This document shows, in pieces, positions 48,203 to 60,221 of a stretch of 64,000 bases of DNA. A program made the position numbers and the translations under genes. The stretch is from Opitutales bacterium (GTDB taxonomy: Bacteria > Verrucomicrobiota > Verrucomicrobiia > Opitutales > Coraliomargaritaceae), in NCBI GenBank assembly GCA_030729385.1, contig JANQXM010000029.1, forward strand, positions 24,853-88,852, read 5' to 3'. Each line of letters starts with the position of its first letter. Position 1 is the stretch's first letter. The notes beneath the pieces are model-generated. The model was not told the DNA's origin. It did not search any database and saw only the letters and a list, made by a program, of their open reading frames with translations.

Positions 48203-49645
48203 TTATTGAACGGGAATAATTTGAACAGTATGCACATCGGGTTTTGCCAATGCATAAAGTGACTCGGAAGTCTCCTCTAATTCTTTGAGCATGGCGTCAT
48301 ATGCATCGAAATGTTGTAAATACTGACGAAGGTTTGATTTAACATAATCGGAAGGTGCGCTCCAAAGACCTTCGGGGTGTTCGCCAGCGAGTAGGCGTTT
48401 AATCATCGCTTGATTTTCATGCACGTCATTTGCGTTGTGCCCTTTGATTTTAGATAGGTAGCCGATTGTCCAAACGACTGTGCGAATTTTGGCTGCTAGT
48501 TTTGCTCGTTGTTGGCTAAGCGCGTAAACTTGATTAGACTGTTGGACTTGCGGTGCGTTATCCAAAAGCGCGAGATTGATACCAACCTCTAGTTCCTCTG
48601 CGGTGAAGCGGCCGCATTCGAGTCCGTCGATTTGGAGGCTATGTGTGCCAGGGGAGAGACCTTTTACGACTAGGCTCTCTTGATTGAATGTGCGCTCGAA
48701 GGGAATGAGTGTGGCGACATTTCGGTAGGGTGCCGTCGGGAATGGTAGTGAGCTGGCGGTGTATTCGAATGAAAGGCCATTTCCGATTGAATGCAGCTTT
48801 TGAATGGAACAGTTGTAAGTGGATTCGACCGACGAGGATGGTGCATCAAGTTCAAGACTTGCGACTGATCCTTCCAGTTCTTGTGCTTTGAGAAAGAGGT
48901 AGGCCATCACCATGTGCCCGTCGGGTCCTGGGTGCACGCGGTCGGTTCCGATGATACTGGCATCCGGTGCTTTCGTTTGGATCTGAGTATTGATTGCTAA
49001 CATCGGTGTATTAAAATCAATGACTTGCAGATCGCGTTTGTTCGCTTTAAGTGCAATCGCCTCTTTGTAGAAAATGCGAATGAGGTCGTTTTTCCCTTGT
49101 CCAAACTTGTATAGATTTGCTCGAGCTTTTTCATTGACCATTGTCTGGTCATACGGGGAGGGCGTGATGAGTATTGGGTCCGATATGCCCAGCTTGACTA
49201 AGTTTTCGAGTAGTTGTGCATAATTAGCTTGATACCAAACGAGTTGTTTTTTGTTTGCCGCATTCAACGCTTCGATGGTTTGTGCACTGTTAAATTGATC
49301 GCCGCCTACGTCATTCATGCCAAGCATTATGGTGGCAGTTGTCGGGCGATACATGCGCACATCGCTTTCCCATATGCCTTCGCCTTCTAATGATGCTCGC
49401 TGATATCCCCCTTGTGCATTGTCGCCGCTGATCCCGACATTAAAGCAGAGGATGCTAAGCTCTGGATAGCGTGTCGCGTAGAATGTCTGAATTAATGTGT
49501 GGTAGCTGCCGCCGTGGGTAATGCTATCGCCGATAAATGCCACGCGTTCATTGGCTTTGAACGGCTTTGCACTTACTGAAAGTGCGAGTAGGAGTAAGAA
49601 AAAGGTGCCTGTTAGGACAGAAATCGAAATTCTATTTTTCATCAA
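48203..49645 (-). CDS. secreted SGNH/GDSL hydrolase family protein with a C-terminal extension
   Basis: Signal peptide. Block I FIGDSITHGG, block V DRVHPGPDGH. The ~230-aa C-terminal region is unassigned. Confidence 0.7.
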   Translation of the reverse strand: MMKNRISISVLTGTFFLLLLALSVSAKPFKANERVAFIGDSITHGGSYHTLIQTFYATRYPELSILCFNVGISGDNAQGGYQRASLEGEGIWESDVRMYRPTTATIMLGMNDVGGDQFNSAQTIEALNAANKKQLVWYQANYAQLLENLVKLGISDPILITPSPYDQTMVNEKARANLYKFGQGKNDLIRIFYKEAIALKANKRDLQVIDFNTPMLAINTQIQTKAPDASIIGTDRVHPGPDGHMVMAYLFLKAQELEGSVASLELDAPSSSVESTYNCSIQKLHSIGNGLSFEYTASSLPFPTAPYRNVATLIPFERTFNQESLVVKGLSPGTHSLQIDGLECGRFTAEELEVGINLALLDNAPQVQQSNQVYALSQQRAKLAAKIRTVVWTIGYLSKIKGHNANDVHENQAMIKRLLAGEHPEGLWSAPSDYVKSNLRQYLQHFDAYDAMLKELEETSESLYALAKPDVHTVQIIPVQ

Positions 49646-49656
49646 GTGAGGAGTGT

Positions 49657-51126
<1,470 letters not shown>

Positions 51127-51153
51127 ATGCTGTGGGGTTTTCGGTATATTAAA

Positions 51154-52623
51154 TTATTCGATTGTGGACGGTGTTTTCTTTGCGGCCTCTGCTTTGAGTT
51201 TTGCGTTGAGCTCGTCATACATTTTCAGGCGCCATTCCTGATATTCGTAAGCGTGAATTTGATTGTTTGCGATGTTGTCTGCGTTCCATTCGTTCCAGAG
51301 CTTGGCTAACTGTGCGCGCACTTCAGGTGCTTGTTCGACGATGTTGTTCCCCTCGTAAGGGTCTTGTGTCATGTCGTAGAGTTCGGGGCCTTTGGACTTT
51401 CCTTTTTGGTGAAGGTATTTGGCTTTAGGCGTACGGACCGCCCAGGTTCTGTCTCCGCGCTCACGCCAAAAGAGTGCCTCGTGTGGCGTGCCTGTTTCTT
51501 CGTTGGTGAGGAAGGGGACGAGGTTGGTTCCGTCGAGAGCCGGGGCAGAGTCATCACCGCCAGCAAGCGCGACGGCAGTGGCTGTGATATCCAAAGATGA
51601 AACGGGATGCGGGTAAGCCTTGCCTTTTGGGAGGCCTGCGGGCCAGTGCATGACGAATGGCACATGGACGCCACCTTCATAGACTGCGGTTTTGCCATCC
51701 CTATATGGTCCATTGTCCGCCCAGTCTTCGTAATCGTTCCATGGCTGAGGAACGGCTCCACCGTTATCAGTGAGGAAGAAGATTAGGGTGTTTTCAAATT
51801 TGCCGGATTCTTTGAGCGCATGAATGACCATGCCAATGCCTTCATCCATCGCATCGATCATAGCTGCATAAGTGCGACGCTTGGGGTCTTTGATATGGGT
51901 GTATTTGGCGATGTATTCTTTCGGTGCTTGCAGTGGGGAGTGCGGCGCATTGTAAGCGAGATAAAGGCAGAATGGCTGATCGCCATCGGAGACGAACTTA
52001 GCCGCGTCTCGGCTGAGTGCGGTAGTCAGGTATTCGTTGAATTCGGCTGTATTTTTATTGCGTAGCAGTGGCAGCGAAGTGCCTTCGTTGGCGCCGTAAT
52101 TTGGTTTTCCACTTTCTAAGATTAGTGACATATGAGTATTCACGTTTCGCGGGAAATAATCATGTCCGCCCGAGAGGAAGCCGTAGAAGTAGTCGAAGCC
52201 GCGATTGTTTGGGTGGAAGGGCTCTGCGGCGCCTAAGTGCCATTTTCCGATGATACCAGTTCGGTATCCAGCGGCTTGCAAGCGTTTGCCGAAAGTCTTC
52301 TCAGTGACGGGCAAGCCCATGTGAGGATCGAACGGAGAATAGGTGGCGTTGATTTCCATTCCGAAGCGTGCTTGATAGCGACCTGTGATTAGACCCGCGC
52401 GGGAAGGACCGCAATATGCGTGCGTAACATAGCCGTTTTCGAGAATGACACCGTTTGTAGCTAGGCGGTCGATTTCGGGCGTTTGAATATCTTCGGAGCC
52501 AGTGAAGCCTAAGTCCGCGTAGCCGAGATCGTCGGCGAGGATGATGAGAATGTTCGGCTGCTTACCCGCTGCATAAAGTGTCGTCGCAGAGAGTAGAAGG
52601 TAGATGAGTGCGTGAATCTTCAT
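51154..52623 (-). CDS. S1 family sulfatase (Cys-type), tandem paralog B
   Basis: PNILIILADDLGYADLG, CGPSRAGLITGRY, LYDMTQDPYEGNN. 489 aa and collinear with 49657..51126. Confidence 0.9.
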   Translation of the reverse strand: MKIHALIYLLLSATTLYAAGKQPNILIILADDLGYADLGFTGSEDIQTPEIDRLATNGVILENGYVTHAYCGPSRAGLITGRYQARFGMEINATYSPFDPHMGLPVTEKTFGKRLQAAGYRTGIIGKWHLGAAEPFHPNNRGFDYFYGFLSGGHDYFPRNVNTHMSLILESGKPNYGANEGTSLPLLRNKNTAEFNEYLTTALSRDAAKFVSDGDQPFCLYLAYNAPHSPLQAPKEYIAKYTHIKDPKRRTYAAMIDAMDEGIGMVIHALKESGKFENTLIFFLTDNGGAVPQPWNDYEDWADNGPYRDGKTAVYEGGVHVPFVMHWPAGLPKGKAYPHPVSSLDITATAVALAGGDDSAPALDGTNLVPFLTNEETGTPHEALFWRERGDRTWAVRTPKAKYLHQKGKSKGPELYDMTQDPYEGNNIVEQAPEVRAQLAKLWNEWNADNIANNQIHAYEYQEWRLKMYDELNAKLKAEAAKKTPSTIE

Positions 52624-52772
52624 TGCATACGATGTTTAATAGCCCGAAAGATGGGTGCGAATGTGCCAGTTTCGTCGTGCTTAAGATGCAAGAAATATCG
52701 AAGATTAGATATGCCCCTTCAAACTATCTTTGGATATTTAAGCAGTGTTAATGTTTCACGTGGGGTATCAGC

Positions 52773-54284
52773 CTATTGGCTGAGAGGCACGGTTCGATTT
52801 AGGTTGTTACGTACGCTAATGTAGTGTGCGCGCATGGACTTCACTTTGCTGGCGTATTCGGGGTTTAAGATCAAATTTCCCTTTTCCTTTTCGTCCGGAT
52901 TGTTGGCCAAATTAAATAAGGCGATCGGTTCCATTTTGGTGAGCTTATGGTCGGATTGCATGATTAATTTCCAATCGCCCTGTCGAAGCATTAGTTCATT
53001 ATTAGCACCGGCTTGTAGCATGACTTCATCGCGGGCTTCAAAGTCGTCACCTTTCAGGAGAGGGAGGAAGCTATAGGAATCTTGAGCTTGTTTGTTTTTA
53101 ATCTGATAGCCTGTAATCTCAGCGATGGTGGCGAGTATATCGGTTCCATTGATGAGCGCATCGCTGCGTGATCCAGCTGGAATGACGCCTGGCCAAGAGA
53201 CGATCAGTGGCACTAGGTGCCCACCTTCGTGGGCGTGATTCTTAGTGCCGCGCACCAAGCCACCATTTGAAAAATGCCCCGCTTGAGCGGCGCGTCCATC
53301 TGAGAGACCGCCGTTGTCCGAAGTAAACATGATAAGCGTGTTTTCGTAGGCACCGGATGTCTTTAGAGCTGTGACGATCTGTTCGACTTCCCAGTCGATC
53401 ACACGATTCATGTCTGTGTGATGGGTCGGTGTGGTGCCGCGAATTTTTCTTCCCTCTAGCTCAACAGGAGGTGTGTGTGGAATGTGCACTGCGGGTGACC
53501 AATAACAGAGGAAAAACGGCTCTTTGGTTTGAGCGCTACGCTTGATGAAGCCTGTGGCTTTCTCGGCGAGGATTTTATTGATTTCGTATGCGTCCCATTC
53601 TGAGTCTCCGGTGCCCGGCCCCTTGTCGGATATAAAAAACGGATCTTTGGCAGTGTTTTTGTCGTAGTGGATCAGCTTAGAATTTTCATTGAAAGGTGCC
53701 CATTTGCCATTCTCGAAAGCAACATATATGGGGCCTTGAACGCCGGTAGGCAGGGTGTAGTCGTAGTCAAATCCGAGATCCTGTGGCCCGAAGGCGATCC
53801 ATTCGTTCATCTCTACATTCAAGGGTGTATCGCCCCGGTCGTCGCCCCTGTAGAATTTATCACTGTTCTTCTGATAGAAGTCGCCTCCGAGGTGCCACTT
53901 GCCGACGAATCCCGTAGTATAGCCGGTTTCTTGAGCGACGGTTCCAAGCGTCGCATCGTCTTCGGTTATTGCAGTCGGGCGGAAAGTGCCCCAGACGCCC
54001 CAAGGGGCATAACTTCGATAGTTATAGTTGCCGGTCATCACCGCGTAGCGACTCGGCGAGCAAAGTGCAGTCGGCGAGTGCGCATCTGTGAACCACATTC
54101 CCGAATCTGCTAATGCGTCCAGGGTGGGGGTCGGCGCGAGTGCTGGCTGTCCTGTGCGTTCAGTATGCTGGCGGCCGACATCTCCCTGGCCGAAATCGTC
54201 GGCCATGATCAAAACGATGTTGGGGGTGCTTGCTTGAGCGAGGAGTGAGAGAAGCGGAATGAATGGAAGTAAATATGTTTTCAT
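52773..54284 (-). CDS. S1 family sulfatase (Cys-type)
   Basis: PNIVLIMADDFGQGD, CSPSRYAVMTGNY, LFNLANNPDEKEKGN. Confidence 0.9.
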   Translation of the reverse strand: MKTYLLPFIPLLSLLAQASTPNIVLIMADDFGQGDVGRQHTERTGQPALAPTPTLDALADSGMWFTDAHSPTALCSPSRYAVMTGNYNYRSYAPWGVWGTFRPTAITEDDATLGTVAQETGYTTGFVGKWHLGGDFYQKNSDKFYRGDDRGDTPLNVEMNEWIAFGPQDLGFDYDYTLPTGVQGPIYVAFENGKWAPFNENSKLIHYDKNTAKDPFFISDKGPGTGDSEWDAYEINKILAEKATGFIKRSAQTKEPFFLCYWSPAVHIPHTPPVELEGRKIRGTTPTHHTDMNRVIDWEVEQIVTALKTSGAYENTLIMFTSDNGGLSDGRAAQAGHFSNGGLVRGTKNHAHEGGHLVPLIVSWPGVIPAGSRSDALINGTDILATIAEITGYQIKNKQAQDSYSFLPLLKGDDFEARDEVMLQAGANNELMLRQGDWKLIMQSDHKLTKMEPIALFNLANNPDEKEKGNLILNPEYASKVKSMRAHYISVRNNLNRTVPLSQ

Positions 54285-54369
54285 ACATGAAAGGCTATAT
54301 ATTCAATAAGTTTACGTGTTTTAGGATATTTTGCTTGCCAATATTACACGTGCAAACTTATTTCTTCAT

Positions 54370-55098
54370 ATGTCTACCCATACTAACTACAAATCCTCCA
54401 AAACGATTCGTGCGTTCACTTTGATTGAATTGCTTACAGTCATCGCAATTATTGCGATTTTAGCGGGCATTCTTATTCCGGCTGTCGGGAAAATTCGTGA
54501 GAGTGCGAACATGTCAAAGTCGGTGAGTAACCTACGGCAAATAGGCAATGGTTTAGAATTGCTTGCGATGGATGGCACTGAGTATTTCCCACCTAATACT
54601 TATCCCCCATATGCAGGAATGGATCGAAGGTTCGCTAACTGGGGTTGGTGGGATTTAGTCGGCGAGAAGTTGGGGTTAGTAGAGCGAATGACTAGTCCGA
54701 ATGATTATGTTTGGAAAATCGCACCCCACGAAAGTATTTTCCAGAACCCAGGGTATGAGGTGGAATTTGATCCGGATGATGCGATTAAGACTTCGTCATA
54801 CGGATATAATTACGTGTCATTTGGTCAATGGTGGTGGCACCCCAATCCTGATAATAACAAAGGCAAGAAAGTGCCTGAGAAAAAGTTCAACATCTTGAAT
54901 CCATCTCAGCTTGTCATGGTGGCGGAATCAAATGGCGATGGATTGGCAGATCAGTTAGTTTGGCCTAACTGGAAGGCTGCTGGTGTGAACGATAAATACA
55001 AGGGCGGAGGTCATTACCTCTTTGCCGACGGCCATGTCGAGTGGCTGGCTAAAGAGGTTGTGATGGCCGACATCAATAAGTATTTTGTCAATAAATAG
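54370..55098 (+). CDS. prepilin-type N-terminal cleavage/methylation domain protein (DUF1559 / H-X9-DG-like pseudopilin)
   Basis: [26 protein letters not shown] prepilin motif. C-terminal [15 protein letters not shown]. Start set to ATG 54370. Confidence 0.8.
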   Translation: MSTHTNYKSSKTIRAFTLIELLTVIAIIAILAGILIPAVGKIRESANMSKSVSNLRQIGNGLELLAMDGTEYFPPNTYPPYAGMDRRFANWGWWDLVGEKLGLVERMTSPNDYVWKIAPHESIFQNPGYEVEFDPDDAIKTSSYGYNYVSFGQWWWHPNPDNNKGKKVPEKKFNILNPSQLVMVAESNGDGLADQLVWPNWKAAGVNDKYKGGGHYLFADGHVEWLAKEVVMADINKYFVNK

Positions 55099-55127
55099 TC
55101 TGTTGTAAAATACCACTAATTGCTGAT

Positions 55128-56162
55128 CTATGAATTTTTCATAGCGGTGCCAGTGGATGCGCGAATGAGTAATCTTGATGGGATGATTTGTGCTTCGGGC
55201 TTCTGCTCTTTATTTTCTTCGGCTTCAACGATTTTAATAAGCATTTGAATGGCGGCTTGTCCGACCTTCTTTTCGCCGAGGGCCACGGTTGTGAGCGGTG
55301 GGTTTGAGAGTTGACCGAGACGCTCGTTGGTAAAGCCCATTACTGAAATATCTTCGGGGACGCGTAGTCCAGCTCGCTGGATAGTGCGGATGGCGACAAC
55401 CGCCATCTCGTCATTGGCGCATAGAATTGCTGTAGGAGGTTGCTTTGCTTCGAGGAGCCGTTTGACCGCGCGTTCGGTTTCGTCGAAATCCCAGTTGCCT
55501 TTTTCCAGATAATTTGGACCTAGGCTGAGCCCGAATTTACCAAGCGCATCCAAGAACCCCGCTTGACGTTCTGTGCTTGAATTACTTTGTTGGTCACCCG
55601 CGACAAAGGCGATTTGTTTGTGCCCCAAGCTTGCTAGGTGTTCAACTGCCAGAAAGCTGCCGCCTGTATTATCAGGGTCGACTTGATATGGGGACAGTCC
55701 TTTATAGCAATTATTGCAGACCATTGGGATGTCGTAGCGCTTGAGTTCATTCCTTAGATGAGCGGTTTCGTCCATGTCAGGGAGGATATTACATGCGAGG
55801 ACACCTGCAACACGTGCGCCAAGGAACCGCTTAATGGCAGCTTCATTCTCTTTGGGAGAGTGCACGGACTCAACTTTTAAGGAGTATGCGGAATCTTGTA
55901 GACCTAATAGGGAGCCCTCAAGTATACGACCGCCCCATTCGAGATCGAGGGCACCGGTCATACAGCCCAGAAGAAAGCTCTTACCAGTTTTCATTGACAT
56001 GGCAATTTCGTTACGGCGATAGCCTAAATCGCTGGCAGTTTTGATGACTCGCTCGGCGGTCGCTTCGGAAATGCCGAGACTTTTGTATCGGTCATTTAAT
56101 ACTGCGGATACCGTTACGCGTGAAAGGTCGAGTTGTTTAGCGATGTCGATAAGCTTAATCAT
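55128..56162 (-). CDS. LacI family transcriptional regulator
   Basis: N-terminal HTH MIKLIDIAKQLDLSRVTVSAVLN. Periplasmic-binding-protein-like C-terminal domain. Confidence 0.85.
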   Translation of the reverse strand: MIKLIDIAKQLDLSRVTVSAVLNDRYKSLGISEATAERVIKTASDLGYRRNEIAMSMKTGKSFLLGCMTGALDLEWGGRILEGSLLGLQDSAYSLKVESVHSPKENEAAIKRFLGARVAGVLACNILPDMDETAHLRNELKRYDIPMVCNNCYKGLSPYQVDPDNTGGSFLAVEHLASLGHKQIAFVAGDQQSNSSTERQAGFLDALGKFGLSLGPNYLEKGNWDFDETERAVKRLLEAKQPPTAILCANDEMAVVAIRTIQRAGLRVPEDISVMGFTNERLGQLSNPPLTTVALGEKKVGQAAIQMLIKIVEAEENKEQKPEAQIIPSRLLIRASTGTAMKNS

Positions 56163-56390
56163 CAAAGTATTACTTTACATTATAGTAAAGCTGTCAATCA
56201 GTTGTTTACTAATCTTCTTTCGCAAGTTTGTGATCACTTTCCAGTTGCTTCGTCCGACTGGTCATATCTTAATTTAACATTACACGAGAAATCATGTTTT
56301 AATCTCCAGGTTTATTTCGATTTCGATTCTATGCATCGAAATGCCTCGGAACTGACTTGCCGCCTCTTCTTGAGGTTAAATTTAATATAT

Positions 56391-57437
56391 ATGAACATGC
56401 CTGCTATCGAACCCGATATAGAACAAAATCTATCCACTTTCGCACGACGCCTCCAAGGAGTGGGGCGTATCATTGAAGATCCAGATAACAATGTGTGGGG
56501 CTGCTCGCCGATCTATGATGAGGCTGGAAATGTCCATGTATTCTACTCTAAGTGGGTCAATGAATCCGCACATGAGGGCTGGTTAACCTGTAGTCAGATC
56601 GGCCATGCAGTGGCATCGCACCCTGAAGGACCCTATGAGATCCAGGAGACGGCACTCGTCGGGCGCGGAGGCGATTACTGGGATAGTATGACTATTCATA
56701 ACCCGACGATACATAAAATCGGTGATCTCTATTACCTGTTTTACATGGGTAATTCTGACGGGACGGTAAATACGAAGCGTGCAGGCGTTGCCGTTTCCGA
56801 TTCGCTCTATGGACCCTGGGAACGTTTCGACCAGCCATTGGTTAATGCCGGTTCGCACGAGTCGGATGATTGGGATAGTCTGGTGACTTCAAATCCCGCT
56901 TTCTTGCAGACGCCTGACGGTGAGTGCCGACTCTACTATAAAGGCTGGAATCGCAATGACTGGGAGCGTGATTTGTCTGTTGGCACTCGCCCTGGAACTG
57001 CGGATACAGGGCTCTTGACGAATCGCGCGTATGGCTTGGCTTCCGCGCCATCGCCGCTGGGGCCTTATGTTAAGTATAAGGGAAACCCGATCATAAACAT
57101 GCGCACCCAGTTGCCCGGAGCGCAGACGGAGGATGCCTATATTTGGCAGGAAGATGGACTGTATAAAATGATCCTGCGCGACATGGGTTTTTATAATCAT
57201 GAGTATGGTCTTTATCTGGAGTCCAAGGATGGGCTGACTTGGGATAAAAAGCCGCAGATTGGATATTTAAATTCGCAGGTCTATCTTCCGGAGCCACCTA
57301 ATGGCTTGGATCGTGAAGGGCGTTTTGAGCGTCCGCAGTTACTAATGAAAGACGGTAAGCCAGAGTATCTTTTCTGTGCCATCGTAGGTGGTAGATACAA
57401 CACTTCTTCTGGTGCCGTATTAAAGATCAAAGGTTAA
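56391..57437 (+). CDS. cytoplasmic five-bladed beta-propeller glycoside hydrolase (GH43-like; family not resolved)
   Basis: Start set to ATG 56391. Repeated propeller-type blades (NVHVFYSKW, IHNPTIHKIGDLYYLFYMG, ECRLYYKGW, EDAYIWQEDGLYKMI). No signal peptide. Confidence 0.5.
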   Translation: MNMPAIEPDIEQNLSTFARRLQGVGRIIEDPDNNVWGCSPIYDEAGNVHVFYSKWVNESAHEGWLTCSQIGHAVASHPEGPYEIQETALVGRGGDYWDSMTIHNPTIHKIGDLYYLFYMGNSDGTVNTKRAGVAVSDSLYGPWERFDQPLVNAGSHESDDWDSLVTSNPAFLQTPDGECRLYYKGWNRNDWERDLSVGTRPGTADTGLLTNRAYGLASAPSPLGPYVKYKGNPIINMRTQLPGAQTEDAYIWQEDGLYKMILRDMGFYNHEYGLYLESKDGLTWDKKPQIGYLNSQVYLPEPPNGLDREGRFERPQLLMKDGKPEYLFCAIVGGRYNTSSGAVLKIKG

Positions 57438-57452
57438 GCCTAAGTATAGTAT

Positions 57453-59984
57453 ATGAGAGAAATTTTTTGTATGAACCCGGAGTGGAAGTTCCACCTCGGC
57501 GATATTGAATTCCGTAACTTTGCTGCGATCCACGAGAGCCGCTTTAAAGCTCCTGAATGGATGAAGGCTGGCAATCAAGGCTTGTCGAAGCCCGGTTATC
57601 CAGATGCCGAATGGCGCGAGGTAAACTTGCCGCATGATTATGTGATTGAGGCTGACTTTAGTCCTGATGCTAATGAGGTGCATGGTTCGCTGCCAGTGGC
57701 GATTGCATGGTATCGCAAGGTCTTTGCATTGCCTGCGGAAGATGCGAAGAAGCGGCTCTCCTTGGAGTTTGATGGTATATATCGTGACTGCGAAATTTGG
57801 CTTAACGGTCACTTTGTCGCCCGTCATGTCTCTGGCTATACTAGCTTTGTATGTGACATTACCGAGCTTTGTAATTTCGGTGATTTGAATGCCTTGGCCG
57901 TTCGCGTCGATGCAACTGGTTTCGAGCTGTGGTCTTACGAAGGGGGTGGTATTTACCGCGATGTTCGCCTCGTCAAAACGAATCCAGTGCATGTGCCTTA
58001 CTGTGGCACTTGCGTGCGTGCCGAGATCGAACACTGTGAGGCTCCAGAGTCTGCGAGTGTTGCGATTGAGACGACTATTAAAAATGATAGTCGCGAGCCA
58101 GTGGCAGTGGATGTTGTCAACACCGTGCTCGATGCTGATGGCGCTGAGGTGTTGGTCGAGTGTGCAGAGATGGTGATCGACATGGTGTCATCGGGTGTCG
58201 TGGAGCAAATCGTCGAATTTGCTGCACCAAAGCTGTGGTCGCCAGAGACGCCTTACCTTTATTCCGTGCGCACGGAGATCCGTATTGCCGACGAGGTGGT
58301 CGATACATATAGCACGACTTTTGGAGTGCGTTCGATTCAGTTTGATAGCCGCAAGGGCGTGTCTCTCAATGGCAAGTCGATTAAATTGAAAGGTCTGTGT
58401 AATCACCAAGATCATGCAGGTGTTGGCATCGCGATTCCGGATCGATTGCAAGAGTGGCGTGTGGAGCAGATGAAGAAGATGGGCTGCAATTCCATGCGCA
58501 CCGCTCACAATCCGCCAACGCCAGCACTCCTAGATATTTGCGATCGCCTTGGACTATTGATAATGGATGAGGTGCGGATGCCGGGCACTTCTAAGGAATT
58601 AATGGGGCAGATGGAGTCGTTGATTATTCGCGACCGAAATCATCCCTGTGTGATCCTTTGGTCACTTGGTAATGAGGAAATGCTGATTCAGGAAAACGTC
58701 GTTGGTGCGCGCATATTACAACGCATGCAAGACCGTGCTCATCAGATCGACCCTACGCGTTGTTGCACTTATTCTGCTAACTGCGACTTCAACGAGATCG
58801 TAGATAACTTCCTCGAGCACGGCTTTCATATCGATGTGTTTGGTGCGAACTACACCGCGCGCCGCGGTGACGACGGCAACCTTTTCTGCGAAGCTGAACG
58901 CTATGATGAATTTCATGCCAAACATCCAGATATCGTATTGCTTGGCGGTGAGACTGGTGGGTCCGGTGCAACTCGTGGTCTCTATGGCCAGGAATACTAC
59001 AATGGTGAGCCTCATAAGCCAGATACGGGCGACCTCGGTATTGATAACTATGTCGACCTTAATCCAGATCGAGTAGGGGATGCTACTGCCTTTAATGAAA
59101 CGATGACACCATGGGGCCGTTCAATCGAAGATACCTGGCGCGACTGCGCTGAGCGCGACTTCCTCGGTGGCACTTTCCTATGGACTGGTTTCGATTATCG
59201 CGGCGAGACATATCCATTCAGCTGGCCTGCGGTTGTTACACGTTACGGTATTATGGATCTATGCGGTTTCCCGAAAGATGCCTTTTATTACCATCAAGCC
59301 TGGTGGACAGATACACCGATGCTTCACATCTTTCCGCATTGGAATTGGGCAGGCCGAGAGGGCGAAGTCCTCGATGTATGGTGCTACAGTAATTGCGCCG
59401 AAGTCGAACTTCACCTCAATGGCGAGAGCCTCGGCCGCCAAGCTATGCCACTCAATGGTAAGCTCGTTTGGGATGTGACCTACGCCCCAGGTAAACTCGA
59501 GGCGATTGGCTATGATGCTGCTGGTGCTGAGATTCTGCGAACTGTTATTGAGACCACAGGCGCTCCCGCTGCGGTCCGCTTGATTCCCGATAGCGAATCG
59601 CTGTCTGCCGACGGTCGCGACAATGCCATCATTCAAGTCGAAGTGGTCGATACTGAAGGTCGTGTCGTGCCGACAGCTGACAACGAAATCCATTTTGTAA
59701 TCGGGCAGGGGGTGACCCTTCTCGGTGTTGGCAACGGCGATCCTATCAGCCACGAATCAGATAAAGTTCCGTTTCGTAAGGCCTACAATGGTCTCGCGCA
59801 GCTGATCCTCCGAGCTGGACGAGTCGCGCAGACGGTAACTATTCAAGCGAAGGTCGAAGGCTTAACGACCGCTGAGGTCACATTGACACTTGGAGCTCCC
59901 GAGGTGGAACCACTGATTGTTTTGTCTGAGTCGCCAACCTCAGGTCATGGCAAGCATGTTAATTCGATCGACGGTGCCCTGTAA
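57453..59984 (+). CDS. GH2 beta-galactosidase-like, cytoplasmic
   Basis: [24 protein letters not shown]-terminal Ig-like domains. No signal peptide. Confidence 0.85.
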   Translation: MREIFCMNPEWKFHLGDIEFRNFAAIHESRFKAPEWMKAGNQGLSKPGYPDAEWREVNLPHDYVIEADFSPDANEVHGSLPVAIAWYRKVFALPAEDAKKRLSLEFDGIYRDCEIWLNGHFVARHVSGYTSFVCDITELCNFGDLNALAVRVDATGFELWSYEGGGIYRDVRLVKTNPVHVPYCGTCVRAEIEHCEAPESASVAIETTIKNDSREPVAVDVVNTVLDADGAEVLVECAEMVIDMVSSGVVEQIVEFAAPKLWSPETPYLYSVRTEIRIADEVVDTYSTTFGVRSIQFDSRKGVSLNGKSIKLKGLCNHQDHAGVGIAIPDRLQEWRVEQMKKMGCNSMRTAHNPPTPALLDICDRLGLLIMDEVRMPGTSKELMGQMESLIIRDRNHPCVILWSLGNEEMLIQENVVGARILQRMQDRAHQIDPTRCCTYSANCDFNEIVDNFLEHGFHIDVFGANYTARRGDDGNLFCEAERYDEFHAKHPDIVLLGGETGGSGATRGLYGQEYYNGEPHKPDTGDLGIDNYVDLNPDRVGDATAFNETMTPWGRSIEDTWRDCAERDFLGGTFLWTGFDYRGETYPFSWPAVVTRYGIMDLCGFPKDAFYYHQAWWTDTPMLHIFPHWNWAGREGEVLDVWCYSNCAEVELHLNGESLGRQAMPLNGKLVWDVTYAPGKLEAIGYDAAGAEILRTVIETTGAPAAVRLIPDSESLSADGRDNAIIQVEVVDTEGRVVPTADNEIHFVIGQGVTLLGVGNGDPISHESDKVPFRKAYNGLAQLILRAGRVAQTVTIQAKVEGLTTAEVTLTLGAPEVEPLIVLSESPTSGHGKHVNSIDGAL

Positions 59985-60133
59985 ACTTTTCGCGGAGTAA
60001 TTGTCGTGGTAAGTCACTACTAGCGCATTAGCAGTTCTTATGTTGCGTGAGTATGTAACCATCTTTTTTGCAATGTAATCACGACGTCCCGCATTTGTGA
60101 GAAATGTGTTGCGATAACCAAATTCACATATTT

Positions 60134-60166
60134 GATTTACACGTGTAATAATTACACGTGTAAATC
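60134..60166. promoter_or_regulatory. perfect 33-bp palindrome made of two TTACACGTGTAA 12-mers, upstream of the giant gene
   Basis: GATTTACACGTGTAAT-A-ATTACACGTGTAAATC. Each half is itself palindromic around CACGTG. It lies 56 nt upstream of ATG 60222. Confidence 0.5.
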
Positions 60167-60221
60167 ATGTGTTTACGTCAGTTTGCTAATTCTGGCGCTC
60201 TATTCTGATAAATACCCTAAT

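Noticed and set aside
56133-56390. 86-codon extension of the GH43-like ORF (and similar extensions 16006..16092, 54331..54369, 60132..60221).
   Set aside because: The extensions overlap the divergent LacI gene or promoter region, or lie inside the 33-bp palindrome. They are AT-rich with non-protein-like translations, and internal ATGs give sensible N-termini.
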